Sequence record: SRR20825010_854
Reading direction: 5' to 3' (one strand)
DNA: 39,476 nt
The position numbers and the translations under genes are program-made. Shown piece after piece: positions 1-8,700 of the stretch. Below the pieces are notes generated by a model that saw only the letters and a list, made by a program, of their open reading frames with translations, searched no databases and had not been told where the DNA came from. Numbering within the stretch: position 1 is the first letter of the stretch; every line of letters starts with the position of its first letter.

Positions 1-113
1 CGGGTTTTTCCCGAGCCGGCCCCGGCCAGCACCAGCAAATGTCGGTCATCGGCAGCCACCGCATCGCGCTGGGCCGGGTTCAAGCCATCAATAAGGGAAG
101 TCACATCATCCAT
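1..113 (-). CDS. uvrD: DNA helicase II, N-terminal part (runs off the left window edge)
   Basis: Manual translation from ATG at 113: MDDVTSLIDGLNPAQRDAVAADDRHLLVLAGAGSGKTR, containing the Q-motif (LNxxQxxAV) and Walker A (AGAGSGKT) of UvrD/Rep/PcrA helicases. Not in the ORF track. Confidence 0.9.
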   Translation of the reverse strand, partial: MDDVTSLIDGLNPAQRDAVAADDRHLLVLAGAGSGKT

Positions 114-309
114 GGCGCGGAAGTTTAGCAGAATGTCTTCGCCTGTGATGCCCGCCTGCAAAGGCATTTTGCTCCTCCCTACCCGGCTTTCTCCCGCTTT
201 CCCGCTTTCCTCCCAGTGCTTGATTCGAAAGTCGGTTTCCCTCGCCCCCAACCTGTGGGTAAACTGGAAAACAAAAACACTCGGCCCAGAGCCAGAGGAA
301 GCATTCACG

Positions 310-3189
310 GTGTCTTCGCAGTCTCCATCATCCCAGCCAGTACCACCGTTCAACGGTGTACTTAATGAACAGTGCCAATTGCTGCTAAGCGGCATTGCCG
401 CCCTGTTGCTGCTGGAAAGTGCCGCCGCCATTACCCTGGTCTGGGCTTACTGGTTTACCCCGATTGCCCACCAGCCCCTGCTGATCTGGCTGGGTGTCAT
501 TGCGGCGGTCCAGATCGCTCGCCTGCTGATCCTGCCCTATTGTCGTCGCCGTCTTAATGCCCAGGAAACCATGCCGTTCTGCCGCCGCATGCTCTCCGGG
601 CTGGCCCTGTCCACACCGTTGCTGATCGGTCTGGCTGGCTTCCTGTTCAACCCCCTGGAAACCCTGTTTTCCCCGCAGATGCTGGGCGCACAGCTGATTT
701 GCGCCTGCCTGGGTCTGGGCCTGAGTGTCATGGCGCTGGCCGCCTACAGCAGCCATTTCCCCACCGTGTTCCTGTACCTGGTAATGCTGCTGGGCCCGGC
801 CGTGGCCCGCCTGGCGGAGACCCAACAGAACCATCCGCTTTCCCTGGTTGTACTGATGTCACTGCTGGGGCTGTTCTTCCTGGTCGCCGCCCGCCGCATC
901 AACCGCACCGGCCACCAGGCAATGATGCTGCAGGCCAGCAACCGTTCCCTGATTGATTACCTGAACCGGGCCCGCAGCGATGCCGAAGCCCTGAACGAGA
1001 AACTCGCCCAGGAAATCTACGAGCGCAAGGAAGCCCGCCAGCGGCTGCAGGAAACCAACGAGCGACTGGAAAGCATGGTGCAGGAACGCACCCAGGCGCT
1101 GGGTGAAACCAACTCGGCCCTTGCCGCCACCAGCGAACGGCTGGAACTGGCACTGGAAGCCAGCAATATTGGCCTGTGGGACTGGATGCTGGATACCGGG
1201 CGCAACTACCACACCAACTTCGACCGCCTGCTGGGTTACGACAGCGCCTACTTCAAGAATTTCTTCGGCGACCTGGAAACCCTGGTCCACCCGGACGACC
1301 TGACCCGCATCCGCCGCGCCATGGTCGCGCACTTCAAGGGCGAAGACAGCCGCTACCATGCGGTCTACCGGCTGCGCCACGCGGACGGCAGCTGGCGCTG
1401 GATTGAGGATGAAGGCCGAGTGGTATCCCGCAGCCGCGACGGCCGCGCCACCCGCATGATCGGCACCCGCCGGGACATCACCGATGACCGCCAGGCCCAG
1501 GAACAGCAACGCCTGGCCGCCACCGTGTTCGAAAACGCCCCGGAAGGCATTTTTATCCTTGATCACGAGTTCCGCTTCCTCGCCGTTAACGCCCGCTTTG
1601 AACAGATCACCGGCTATTCCGAGTCCCTGGTCATTGGCCGCCGCATCCTGGAAGAAGAACAGACTCAGCCCAACCGCGACACCTACCTGAGCATTACCAC
1701 AGCCCTGCAGGAAAGCGGCTTCTGGGAAGGGGAAATCAGCGAGCGCCGCCGCAACGGCGAGATCTTCCCCGAATGGTTGCAGATGAGCGCCGTCCGTGAC
1801 GAGCAGAAACGGGTGATCCGCTATGTGGGAATGATGTCTGACCTGACCACCCGCAAGGAAACCGAACAACAACTGCAGTTCCTGTCCAACTACGATCGCC
1901 TCACCGGCCTGGCCAACCGCACCCAGTTCCGTGAACACCTGCACAAGTCGCTAACGCTGGCCCGCTTGAACCGGGAAAAAGTGGCCTTGCTGATGATCGA
2001 CCTGGACCGCTTCAAGCCAATCAATGAATCCCTCGGCCATGAAATCGGCGACCGCCTGCTCAAGGCCGCCGCCGAACGTATTGCCCAACACGCCGGTGGC
2101 GAAGAAGCCCTGGCCCGGGTAGGCGGTGATGAATTTACCCTGCTGCTGGAGAATCACGGCGGCGAAGGCGGCATCAGCCAGCAGTGCCAGAAACTGATCA
2201 ACGCCATGAAAAAGCCGTTCCTGATCGACGGCCACGAACTGCTGCTGGGCGCCAGCATTGGTATCAGCCTGTTCCCGGATACCGCCAAAGAAGCCCAGAG
2301 CATGATCAACCAGTCCGACATGGCGGTGTATCAGGCCAAGCGTAGCGGCGGCAATAATTTTCAGTTCTACCGCAGCAACATGCGCGTGGCGTCAGTAGAA
2401 CAGTTGGCCCTGGAAACCAGCCTGCGCAAGGCCATCTTCAAGAACGAATTCGTGGTGTACTACCAGCCGAAAATGGAACTGGCCAGCAACCGCATCACCT
2501 CGGTAGAAGCCCTGGTGCGCTGGCAGCACCCCACCATGGGCCTGCTGCCGCCAGCGGATTTCATTCCCCTGGCCGAAGAAACCGGGCTGATTTCCGCCAT
2601 CGGCGAGCTGGTACTGGAACGCTCCTGTCGCCAGGCCCACAAGTGGTACAAACAGGGGCTGGGCAATATCTGTGTATCGGTCAACCTGTCCGCTCACCAG
2701 TTCCGCAAAGGCAACGTGGCGGAAATCGTGGACCGGGTGCTGTCCACCACCGAACTGCCCCCGCACCTGCTGGAACTGGAACTCACCGAAAGCCTGATCA
2801 TGGAAGACATGGAGCAGAACATCGAACTGCTTCAGCAACTGCGCACCCGCGGCATTGAGCTGGCGCTGGATGACTTTGGCACCGGCTATTCGTCACTGAG
2901 CTACCTGAAGCGTTTCCCGGTAGACACCCTCAAGATCGATCGCTCCTTCATCATGGATCTGGACAAGAGCCCGGACGATGCCGCCATCACCCGCGCCATC
3001 ATCGACATGGCCCACAGCCTGAAGATGAACGTGATCGCCGAAGGGGTGGAAACCGAAGACCACCTGAGCATCCTGCGCGATATGCATTGCGACAGCATCC
3101 AGGGCTTCCTGCTCAGCCGCCCGGTGCCGGAAAACGAGCTGCTGGAATTGCTGCACACCCAGGCGTATAGAAAAGCAATTGATAGTTAA
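310..3189 (+). CDS. Membrane-anchored PAS-PAS-GGDEF-EAL diguanylate cyclase/phosphodiesterase
   Basis: N-terminal hydrophobic segments, coiled coil, two PAS/PAC regions (GLWDW..VHPDD; AVFENAPEGI), GGDEF, EALVRW and DDFGTGYSS motifs. Start moved from 112 to in-frame GTG 310, preceded by GAGGAA, because 112 overlaps the uvrD start. Confidence 0.92.
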   Translation: MSSQSPSSQPVPPFNGVLNEQCQLLLSGIAALLLLESAAAITLVWAYWFTPIAHQPLLIWLGVIAAVQIARLLILPYCRRRLNAQETMPFCRRMLSGLALSTPLLIGLAGFLFNPLETLFSPQMLGAQLICACLGLGLSVMALAAYSSHFPTVFLYLVMLLGPAVARLAETQQNHPLSLVVLMSLLGLFFLVAARRINRTGHQAMMLQASNRSLIDYLNRARSDAEALNEKLAQEIYERKEARQRLQETNERLESMVQERTQALGETNSALAATSERLELALEASNIGLWDWMLDTGRNYHTNFDRLLGYDSAYFKNFFGDLETLVHPDDLTRIRRAMVAHFKGEDSRYHAVYRLRHADGSWRWIEDEGRVVSRSRDGRATRMIGTRRDITDDRQAQEQQRLAATVFENAPEGIFILDHEFRFLAVNARFEQITGYSESLVIGRRILEEEQTQPNRDTYLSITTALQESGFWEGEISERRRNGEIFPEWLQMSAVRDEQKRVIRYVGMMSDLTTRKETEQQLQFLSNYDRLTGLANRTQFREHLHKSLTLARLNREKVALLMIDLDRFKPINESLGHEIGDRLLKAAAERIAQHAGGEEALARVGGDEFTLLLENHGGEGGISQQCQKLINAMKKPFLIDGHELLLGASIGISLFPDTAKEAQSMINQSDMAVYQAKRSGGNNFQFYRSNMRVASVEQLALETSLRKAIFKNEFVVYYQPKMELASNRITSVEALVRWQHPTMGLLPPADFIPLAEETGLISAIGELVLERSCRQAHKWYKQGLGNICVSVNLSAHQFRKGNVAEIVDRVLSTTELPPHLLELELTESLIMEDMEQNIELLQQLRTRGIELALDDFGTGYSSLSYLKRFPVDTLKIDRSFIMDLDKSPDDAAITRAIIDMAHSLKMNVIAEGVETEDHLSILRDMHCDSIQGFLLSRPVPENELLELLHTQAYRKAIDS

Positions 3190-3337
3190 TAATTAATAAT
3201 GAATAACTCGCGGGGCTGCCTTGGCTGTCCCTGTACGCGAGAGGCCGCGCCCATAGTCTGGACGCGGCCTCTTGCATTTGAACATCAAAAAACGCGCATT
3301 CGCGCCGTTATTAATTGTTCATTATTAACTATTAATT
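3177..3337. repeat. Heptamer-arm inverted-repeat element (AT-rich class, ~A(A/G)TTAAT) with central GC hairpin
   Basis: Left arm aattgat-agttaat-aattaat-aatgaat (3177-3204); right arm gttatta-attgttc-attatta-actatta (3307-3334) is its approximate reverse complement; arms overlap both convergent stop codons. Confidence 0.8.
3237..3275. terminator. GC-rich hairpin between convergent genes (possible bidirectional terminator)
   Basis: gcgagaggccgcg...cgcggcctcttgc long stem; no strong U tract. Confidence 0.5.
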
Positions 3338-4354
3338 AAGCATCTCCAGCGTCTGCTCCGCCTGAAAATACCCCCCCAGATGCCGGCGCAGCCACGCCTC
3401 CAGCAAGCCTTCGCTCTGTAGCTTGGCCATCACCGGAGGCAGGAAACGGCGGGCATCATCGAGCATCAATTCACGGGTAACACCCAGCTCATCGAGCAGG
3501 CCGGTGAGGCTGGTGTCGCCATATTTATCGAAAAACGCGTGTACCCCGGATTCCAGCATGGCGTTGAAGTAATCCGTGTGCCGCAGCTCGCGCCAGTATT
3601 CGAACACGATCACGAACAATTCCTGAATGTCCTCGCTGCTAACCAGCTCTTTCAGGTCCGCCACCGGGCGCTGGCTGAAATCCTGCCAGGCCACTTGCAC
3701 CAGCGCCCGCAGCTCTTCCAGATTGTCATCGCGGTACAGATAAGGATCGCTTAACAGTTGTTCCGTACGACGCAACAACCACTCCTGCAGCCGCGCTTCC
3801 AGGCTGGACAACCAGCGCTCCGGCAAGCGTTTGCTCAACTGGCTGCGCAAGGGGGCCGGCAAGCCCTGGTGCAGCAAGGTCTTGAGCCCCAACTGGGCGC
3901 TCCCGGCCAACAGCGCCAACAACACCGGGTTACGGCCCAACCAGGCCATTCCTTGGCGGGACAGGGGAATCTCCAGGACTTTATCCAGCAACGCCATCAC
4001 CACGCCTTCATCGACCACCTCTTCCACGGTGCGCTCGCTCTGAATGGCGTGGTCATAAAACTGCTCCACCATGTCACCCACCAGTTCGGGGATGGCGCCG
4101 CTGATATCCATCTGCACCGCATATTTCTGGGCCGTGGCAAACACTTGATCAGCCTGCACCCACTGGTTCAGCGAATAAGCCGCCGCCTTGTCCAGCACGA
4201 AATCCAGCTCCTCAACAATCAAGGCATCCAACTGGGCCGGCGCAAGGCGCGCCAGCAGGTAATCAACCAATCCATCCAGTAAACGATCTGCGACTTCCTG
4301 TTTCTTTTGCGCCATTTTTTGCATTTCCCGAAGAAAAAGTTCTTGATGCGACAA
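3332..4354 (-). CDS. Hypothetical protein (acidic, Leu-rich, probably alpha-helical)
   Basis: 340-aa ORF filling the space between neighbours; no motif recognised; start uncertain (TTG 4354 or a downstream ATG). Confidence 0.75.
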   Translation of the reverse strand: MSHQELFLREMQKMAQKKQEVADRLLDGLVDYLLARLAPAQLDALIVEELDFVLDKAAAYSLNQWVQADQVFATAQKYAVQMDISGAIPELVGDMVEQFYDHAIQSERTVEEVVDEGVVMALLDKVLEIPLSRQGMAWLGRNPVLLALLAGSAQLGLKTLLHQGLPAPLRSQLSKRLPERWLSSLEARLQEWLLRRTEQLLSDPYLYRDDNLEELRALVQVAWQDFSQRPVADLKELVSSEDIQELFVIVFEYWRELRHTDYFNAMLESGVHAFFDKYGDTSLTGLLDELGVTRELMLDDARRFLPPVMAKLQSEGLLEAWLRRHLGGYFQAEQTLEMLN

Positions 4355-4367
4355 GGCACCATTGTAT

Positions 4368-4383
4368 CATTGCTCGATGTCAC
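4368..4383 (-). promoter_or_regulatory. Candidate operator GTGACATCGAGCAATG overlapping an extended -10 (TGaTACAAT)
   Basis: 14/16 identical to 7945-7960; lies in the 48-bp divergent intergenic region. Confidence 0.5.
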
Positions 4384-4402
4384 AGTTACGGAAGCGCGCA
4401 TA

Positions 4403-5248
4403 ATGGCGATCTCGATTCTTCCCATCCGCCGCAACCTGAAATTCAACCTGAACCCGGCCAAAGCACTGACCTGGCATCGGGACGGCCTGAATGTCAGCCA
4501 GTTCCTCAACACCATGAGCCTGTTTTTTCCGGTGGGTGAACGCTTCTTTATCGACAGCGTCCGTTACTATCGTGACCAGATTACCGACCCGGAGCTGAAA
4601 AAGGCAGTGACCGCCTTTATCGGGCAGGAAGCCATGCACGGCCGCGAGCACGAAGAATACAACGACTTCGTCGCCCAGGCCGGCATTCCCCTGCATGCCC
4701 AGGAGGCCTTTGTGGCCAAGCTGCTCGACACTCTCCAGCAGCGCAGCCCGAAATCCTTTCAGCTGGCGGCGACTGTGGCACTGGAACACCTGACCGCCAT
4801 TCTCGGCGGCGGTTTGCTGGACCTGCCGGAGCTGATGGACGGCTCCGATGAAGGCTACAAGGCGATCTGGAACTGGCACGCCCTGGAAGAAACCGAGCAT
4901 AAAGCCGTGGCCTTCGACGTGTACCGTACCGTCATCGGCGACGACAGCAACCTGGGGGCCTACGCCCTGCGCAGCAGCACACTGGTGCTGGCCACCGGCG
5001 TTTTCTTTGCCCTGTTTATCCCTTTCTACCTGCACAACGTGCGGATCAAGGGCGGCCTCACCGACCTGAAAGGCTGGCGCGCCGTGGCCAAACACACCTG
5101 GGGCCGCAAAGGGATTTTCCTGAATATCACCAAACCCTGGTTCGACTGGTTCAAACCCGGCTTCCATCCCTGGGATCACGACAACCGCGAACAGCTGGAA
5201 AACTTCGAGGCCCTACTCGGCGACCTCCTCAACGAGGAAGCCGCCTAA
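4403..5248 (+). CDS. Predicted metal-dependent hydrolase (Metal_hydrol family)
   Basis: Motifs FPVGERFFIDSVR, FIGQEAMHGREH, LEHLTA, WHALEETEHKAVAFD, PGFHPWDHD. Start set at in-frame ATG 4403 to avoid overlapping the divergent gene. Confidence 0.88.
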   Translation: MAISILPIRRNLKFNLNPAKALTWHRDGLNVSQFLNTMSLFFPVGERFFIDSVRYYRDQITDPELKKAVTAFIGQEAMHGREHEEYNDFVAQAGIPLHAQEAFVAKLLDTLQQRSPKSFQLAATVALEHLTAILGGGLLDLPELMDGSDEGYKAIWNWHALEETEHKAVAFDVYRTVIGDDSNLGAYALRSSTLVLATGVFFALFIPFYLHNVRIKGGLTDLKGWRAVAKHTWGRKGIFLNITKPWFDWFKPGFHPWDHDNREQLENFEALLGDLLNEEAA

Positions 5249-5290
5249 CCGTTTTTCATTCACCGAGCTCTCCCTTTTCCGGTGACTTCC

Positions 5291-5322
5291 AGGGTCGGCA
5301 CTTTGTGCCGGCCCTTTTTTTT
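5291..5322 (+). terminator. Rho-independent terminator of the hydrolase gene
   Basis: agggtcggcac-ttt-gtgccggccct followed by a T run. Confidence 0.85.
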
Positions 5323-5333
5323 GCCGCGCTGCG

Positions 5334-5368
5334 GCCGCAGCACGCTTCACGCAGCATGCAACACGCTG
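5334..5368. repeat. Solo heptamer arm (CACGC class)
   Basis: gccgcag-cacgctt-cacgcag-catgcaa-cacgctg; no inverted partner found nearby. Confidence 0.7.
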
Positions 5369-5398
5369 GCAAACCTGCCGAGATCGGGTCTCGTAACG

Positions 5399-5426
5399 AA
5401 AAAGCGCCCGCTTTTGCAGGCGCTTT
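5399..5426 (-). terminator. Rho-independent terminator of the MscS gene
   Basis: aaaaagcgcccgc-tttt-gcaggcgcttt; the A run on + is the U tail on -. Confidence 0.7.
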
Positions 5427-5445
5427 GTGCATGAACCGCCAGCGG

Positions 5446-7746
5446 TTACCCGTTACTGCCATTCTGGGTGGACACCACTCGATCATCCGCCAGGCGGATG
5501 TTCCCCGCCGGCGCATTGCCATCCCGGTCCTCGCCGAAGTACAGGGTGGTATGCGGGAACGGAATCTCGATACCCGCCTTGTCGAAGTAGATCTTCACCA
5601 GCCGGTTGAAGGCACGCCCCACTGCCCACTGATTACCCGGCGTGGTCTTGATCACCACACGGATATTCACCGAACTGTCCGCCAGGGCCGTGACGCCAGC
5701 CACCGTCATCGGCGCCAGGATATTATCCTTGTGTTCGCCTTCCTTGAGCGCCTCAAAGGCGGCCTCGAGCTGGACAATGGCATCGTCGATGCTTTCCCGG
5801 TAGCCAATGCCGTATTCGCCCACATGGTTGCCGTATTCACGGGTGTAATTGGAGACCGCATCCACCGAGGAAAACGGCACAATGTGATACGTACCGTACA
5901 AGTCACGCAGTGCCACCGAGCGGATACCCACCCGCTCCACGGTGCCGGAATTGGCACCAACACCGACGAAATCCCCGGTATTCATGGCATTTTCCAGCTG
6001 AATAAACACCCCGGTAATCACATCTTGCACCAGCTTCTGGGCACCGAAACCAATGGCCAGACCCAGCACCCCGGCACCGGCAATCAGCGGGCCGATATCC
6101 ACACCCACTTCCGAGAGCACGATCATCACCGTCATGATAATAATGGTGATCGCCAGGCTGGTATGAAACAGCCCCAACAGGGTTTCGCCCCGCGCCGCCT
6201 GGGCGGGCGTACTGGTTTCTCCGGGGCTGAATTTATGCTCGACCAGGCTGGCCAGGGCAATCCAGACCGCCGCCGCCAGCGCCAGAATCAGCAAGATATC
6301 AATCAGCGCAGAAACGGTTTGCGCACCGGCGGTGGTGGCGTACCAGGCGGCCAGGTCATACAGCTCCCAGGCGTCCAGTGACAGCACCACTACCAAGGCC
6401 AGAATCAGGCCCCGGATGATTTTCAGGCCGGTGGGCACATAGGTGTTCACCCGCGCCTGAAGGCGGGGCATGCTGGCATTGAGCCGTTCCGGCAACTGGA
6501 TCTCTTTGCCAATCATCTGTCCCAGGGCCACCGACACCAGCAAGCCCAGCCCCACATAAATCAGGGTCTCAAGCGTCGCCAACGCCACGAAAGGCAACGC
6601 CGTTTCCGGGTTCAGCACAGTGACGGTAAACACCAGCAACGCGTAGGCCAGCGCCAGCCAGTGCCAGGTCCGCGCCAGCACCAGCAACAGCAGGCGTATC
6701 GGCCCGGATCCGGTATTCGCCCGGTGGGTCAGGGCCTCACGCAGCGCCAGGCGTTTGCGCCAGATCACCGCGGCCGCATACACCAGCGCCACCAGCATGA
6801 TCACGGTCCCGGCGGCACTGCCCAGGGAAGGAGACACATTGAAGTTCAGCACCGGCACCAGCACCAGCAGGCCGTAGCCAATCAACCCGGCTTCGCGGGC
6901 CAGAAACCGGTTACAGTAGCGCGCCTGCTCTGCTGCCACCGGCAGCAATCGCAAACCCTCGTAGCGGGAAGAAAAAAACATACGCAGGCCCGCCTTGGCC
7001 AGCTCCACCAGCAGGAAGGCATTCAGGAACAGCGCCAAGCGGGTGGCATCTGCGCCCAGCTGCTCGGTGAGCAATGGCGCCACGAACGTGCCAGCCAGAT
7101 AGGCCAGCGCCACCACGATGATATCCAGCAGCGCCGCGACTGCCACGGCCACCATGGTGCGCAGGATCGCCACTTTCTCTGAACCGGCCCGGGCCCAGAC
7201 ACTGAGACGGGCAAACACAGAGCCCACCACCGCACGCAGCACCCAGAACACCACAAACGTGACGGCCACCAGAATCACCAGATTCAGCAAAGCCGCAATG
7301 ACGGTTTTCATCTCCACTGGCGCCGCCGTCGCCTCGCTGGCCACGGCATCGCCGCCAAACCAGCCCGATACCAACACGCCCAGCGCCGCAAATTGCCGGC
7401 CCATATCACCGGCCAGGTTGCCGGTGGCCGCCGCCATGCGACGCGCCATGGATACCTGCCCGGCGGTCTGGCCACTGGGGGCCTGCGCAGCAATCTCCGC
7501 TGCCGGCACTTCACTTTCCAGGCCCAGCGACTCTGTCTGGGAAGACGCGTGCACGCCACGCAACTGATCGATCAACACCTTGCGGCTGGCATCATTTTCC
7601 AGCAGATCCGCCAGCTCTGCGTATTCACCGGGCTGTCCCACCACAGGCTGAGCAGACGCTTCAGCGTGGGCCGCAGCCGTAAAGAGCATGAACACAACAG
7701 CCATCAGGGCTGTCAGGTAACGAAAGGTCTGGGTTTGATGGCGCAA
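5446..7746 (-). CDS. Mechanosensitive channel, MscS family (YbiO-like, long N-terminal membrane region)
   Basis: Signal peptide (AHA-E), multiple TM segments, MscS core IGPLIAGAGVLGLAIGFGAQKLVQDVITG...GTVERVGIRS...GIEIPFP; TTG start with AAGGAG RBS. Confidence 0.9.
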   Translation of the reverse strand: MRHQTQTFRYLTALMAVVFMLFTAAAHAEASAQPVVGQPGEYAELADLLENDASRKVLIDQLRGVHASSQTESLGLESEVPAAEIAAQAPSGQTAGQVSMARRMAAATGNLAGDMGRQFAALGVLVSGWFGGDAVASEATAAPVEMKTVIAALLNLVILVAVTFVVFWVLRAVVGSVFARLSVWARAGSEKVAILRTMVAVAVAALLDIIVVALAYLAGTFVAPLLTEQLGADATRLALFLNAFLLVELAKAGLRMFFSSRYEGLRLLPVAAEQARYCNRFLAREAGLIGYGLLVLVPVLNFNVSPSLGSAAGTVIMLVALVYAAAVIWRKRLALREALTHRANTGSGPIRLLLLVLARTWHWLALAYALLVFTVTVLNPETALPFVALATLETLIYVGLGLLVSVALGQMIGKEIQLPERLNASMPRLQARVNTYVPTGLKIIRGLILALVVVLSLDAWELYDLAAWYATTAGAQTVSALIDILLILALAAAVWIALASLVEHKFSPGETSTPAQAARGETLLGLFHTSLAITIIIMTVMIVLSEVGVDIGPLIAGAGVLGLAIGFGAQKLVQDVITGVFIQLENAMNTGDFVGVGANSGTVERVGIRSVALRDLYGTYHIVPFSSVDAVSNYTREYGNHVGEYGIGYRESIDDAIVQLEAAFEALKEGEHKDNILAPMTVAGVTALADSSVNIRVVIKTTPGNQWAVGRAFNRLVKIYFDKAGIEIPFPHTTLYFGEDRDGNAPAGNIRLADDRVVSTQNGSNG

Positions 7747-7938
7747 ACTGATCTCCTTATCCCGGCCATCGCCGGGTAAAACGCAGGATTTGAAGCTTAT
7801 TCAGGCGCCCACCCTAACAATTCACACACCCTGAAATGTGAAAATTGCGCGAAGATTGTGGCAAAGCGCGATCCCGTTTTTGCCCCCGCAATTGGCCCTG
7901 GGGAGTCATCACCCGGGTAACAATGCCAGTCACGGCGG

Positions 7939-7967
7939 TTGACCGTGACATTGAGCACTGTAATGAT
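7939..7967 (+). promoter_or_regulatory. Candidate promoter TTGACC-N17-AATGAT with the motif GTGACATTGAGCACTG in the spacer
   Basis: -35-like TTGACC at 7939-7944; 7945-7960 matches 4368-4383 (minus strand) at 14/16. Confidence 0.5.
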
Positions 7968-8004
7968 CGGACTCCATTCCATCGACAACATGGCGGAGGC
8001 GTTC

Positions 8005-8700
8005 ATGAACGCATTCTGGACCCCGGACTCGCAGGCCCTGGCGCCTTATCTCGCGGCCTGGCAGCAGGCACACAAAGGGCTGCAGATCATCGCTGGATCC
8101 CTGCAACCGGGCATGACCGAGCAGGATTGCGAACTGCTGATCCGTGACTGGCTACGTGCGCACCAGCTGTTCGATCCGGCCCGCCCGCCAAAGGTGCGCT
8201 TTACCGCCCAGCCAACCCGCCGTCGCTTTGGCCTGAACAGACCGGGAAAGCGCCGTTACCGAATCGGCATGGGCTATATACTGCGTTGCGACGCGGTGCA
8301 AAACGGCTACGCCGCCAAGGCCTGCCTCAGCGGCCCCGACGCCGTTCCGCTGGCCGCATTACACCGCCGTCTGCGCGACTATCGCGACCAGCTGCCGCAG
8401 GCCCTGGCCCGCGGGGAAACACCCCAGCAGCTCGCTGACCGTTTTCCCGGCCTGCGTCAGCACTATCGGCTGGCGCCGCTCACCGGCACCCTGCCCGAGG
8501 GGAACCGCATCGGGGAAGGGCCGCTGATCCCCGGCCTGTGGCAATGGCAATTGACCCTGAGCGATGGCACGCACAGTGCCGGTAGCAGTGAATTCCTGCT
8601 GATGGACGATCAGGGCCCGCGCTGGCTGACCGACACCCCGGCGCACCTGCTCGACACAAACAATAACGGCAATAACCACAAGCAAGAGGAAGCAGCCTGA
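8005..8700 (+). CDS. Hypothetical protein, possibly a degenerate M24 (aminopeptidase P/MetAP-fold) family member
   Basis: ATG 8005 with GGAGG RBS; LQPGMTEQD resembles the M24 'PGxTE' segment; ends EFLLMDDQGPRWL; TGATG coupling to the next gene. Confidence 0.65.
   Translation: MNAFWTPDSQALAPYLAAWQQAHKGLQIIAGSLQPGMTEQDCELLIRDWLRAHQLFDPARPPKVRFTAQPTRRRFGLNRPGKRRYRIGMGYILRCDAVQNGYAAKACLSGPDAVPLAALHRRLRDYRDQLPQALARGETPQQLADRFPGLRQHYRLAPLTGTLPEGNRIGEGPLIPGLWQWQLTLSDGTHSAGSSEFLLMDDQGPRWLTDTPAHLLDTNNNGNNHKQEEAA

Noticed and set aside
182-214. cccgcttt-like short direct repeats in the uvrD/c-di-GMP divergent region
   Set aside because: Low-complexity pyrimidine run with irregular period and no inverted partner; not part of the heptamer family.
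112-309. N-terminal extensions in the ORF track (also 4307, 7939, 10261, 28033, 28093, 35112, 38423)
   Set aside because: They overlap neighbouring genes, repeats or terminators, or lack an RBS; better-supported starts lie downstream.
5305-6381. 358-aa + strand ORF, and similar shadow ORFs such as 859-1944, 10606-11514, 13513-14403 and 19151-19930
   Set aside because: They overlap confidently assigned genes on the opposite strand and have no recognisable domains.
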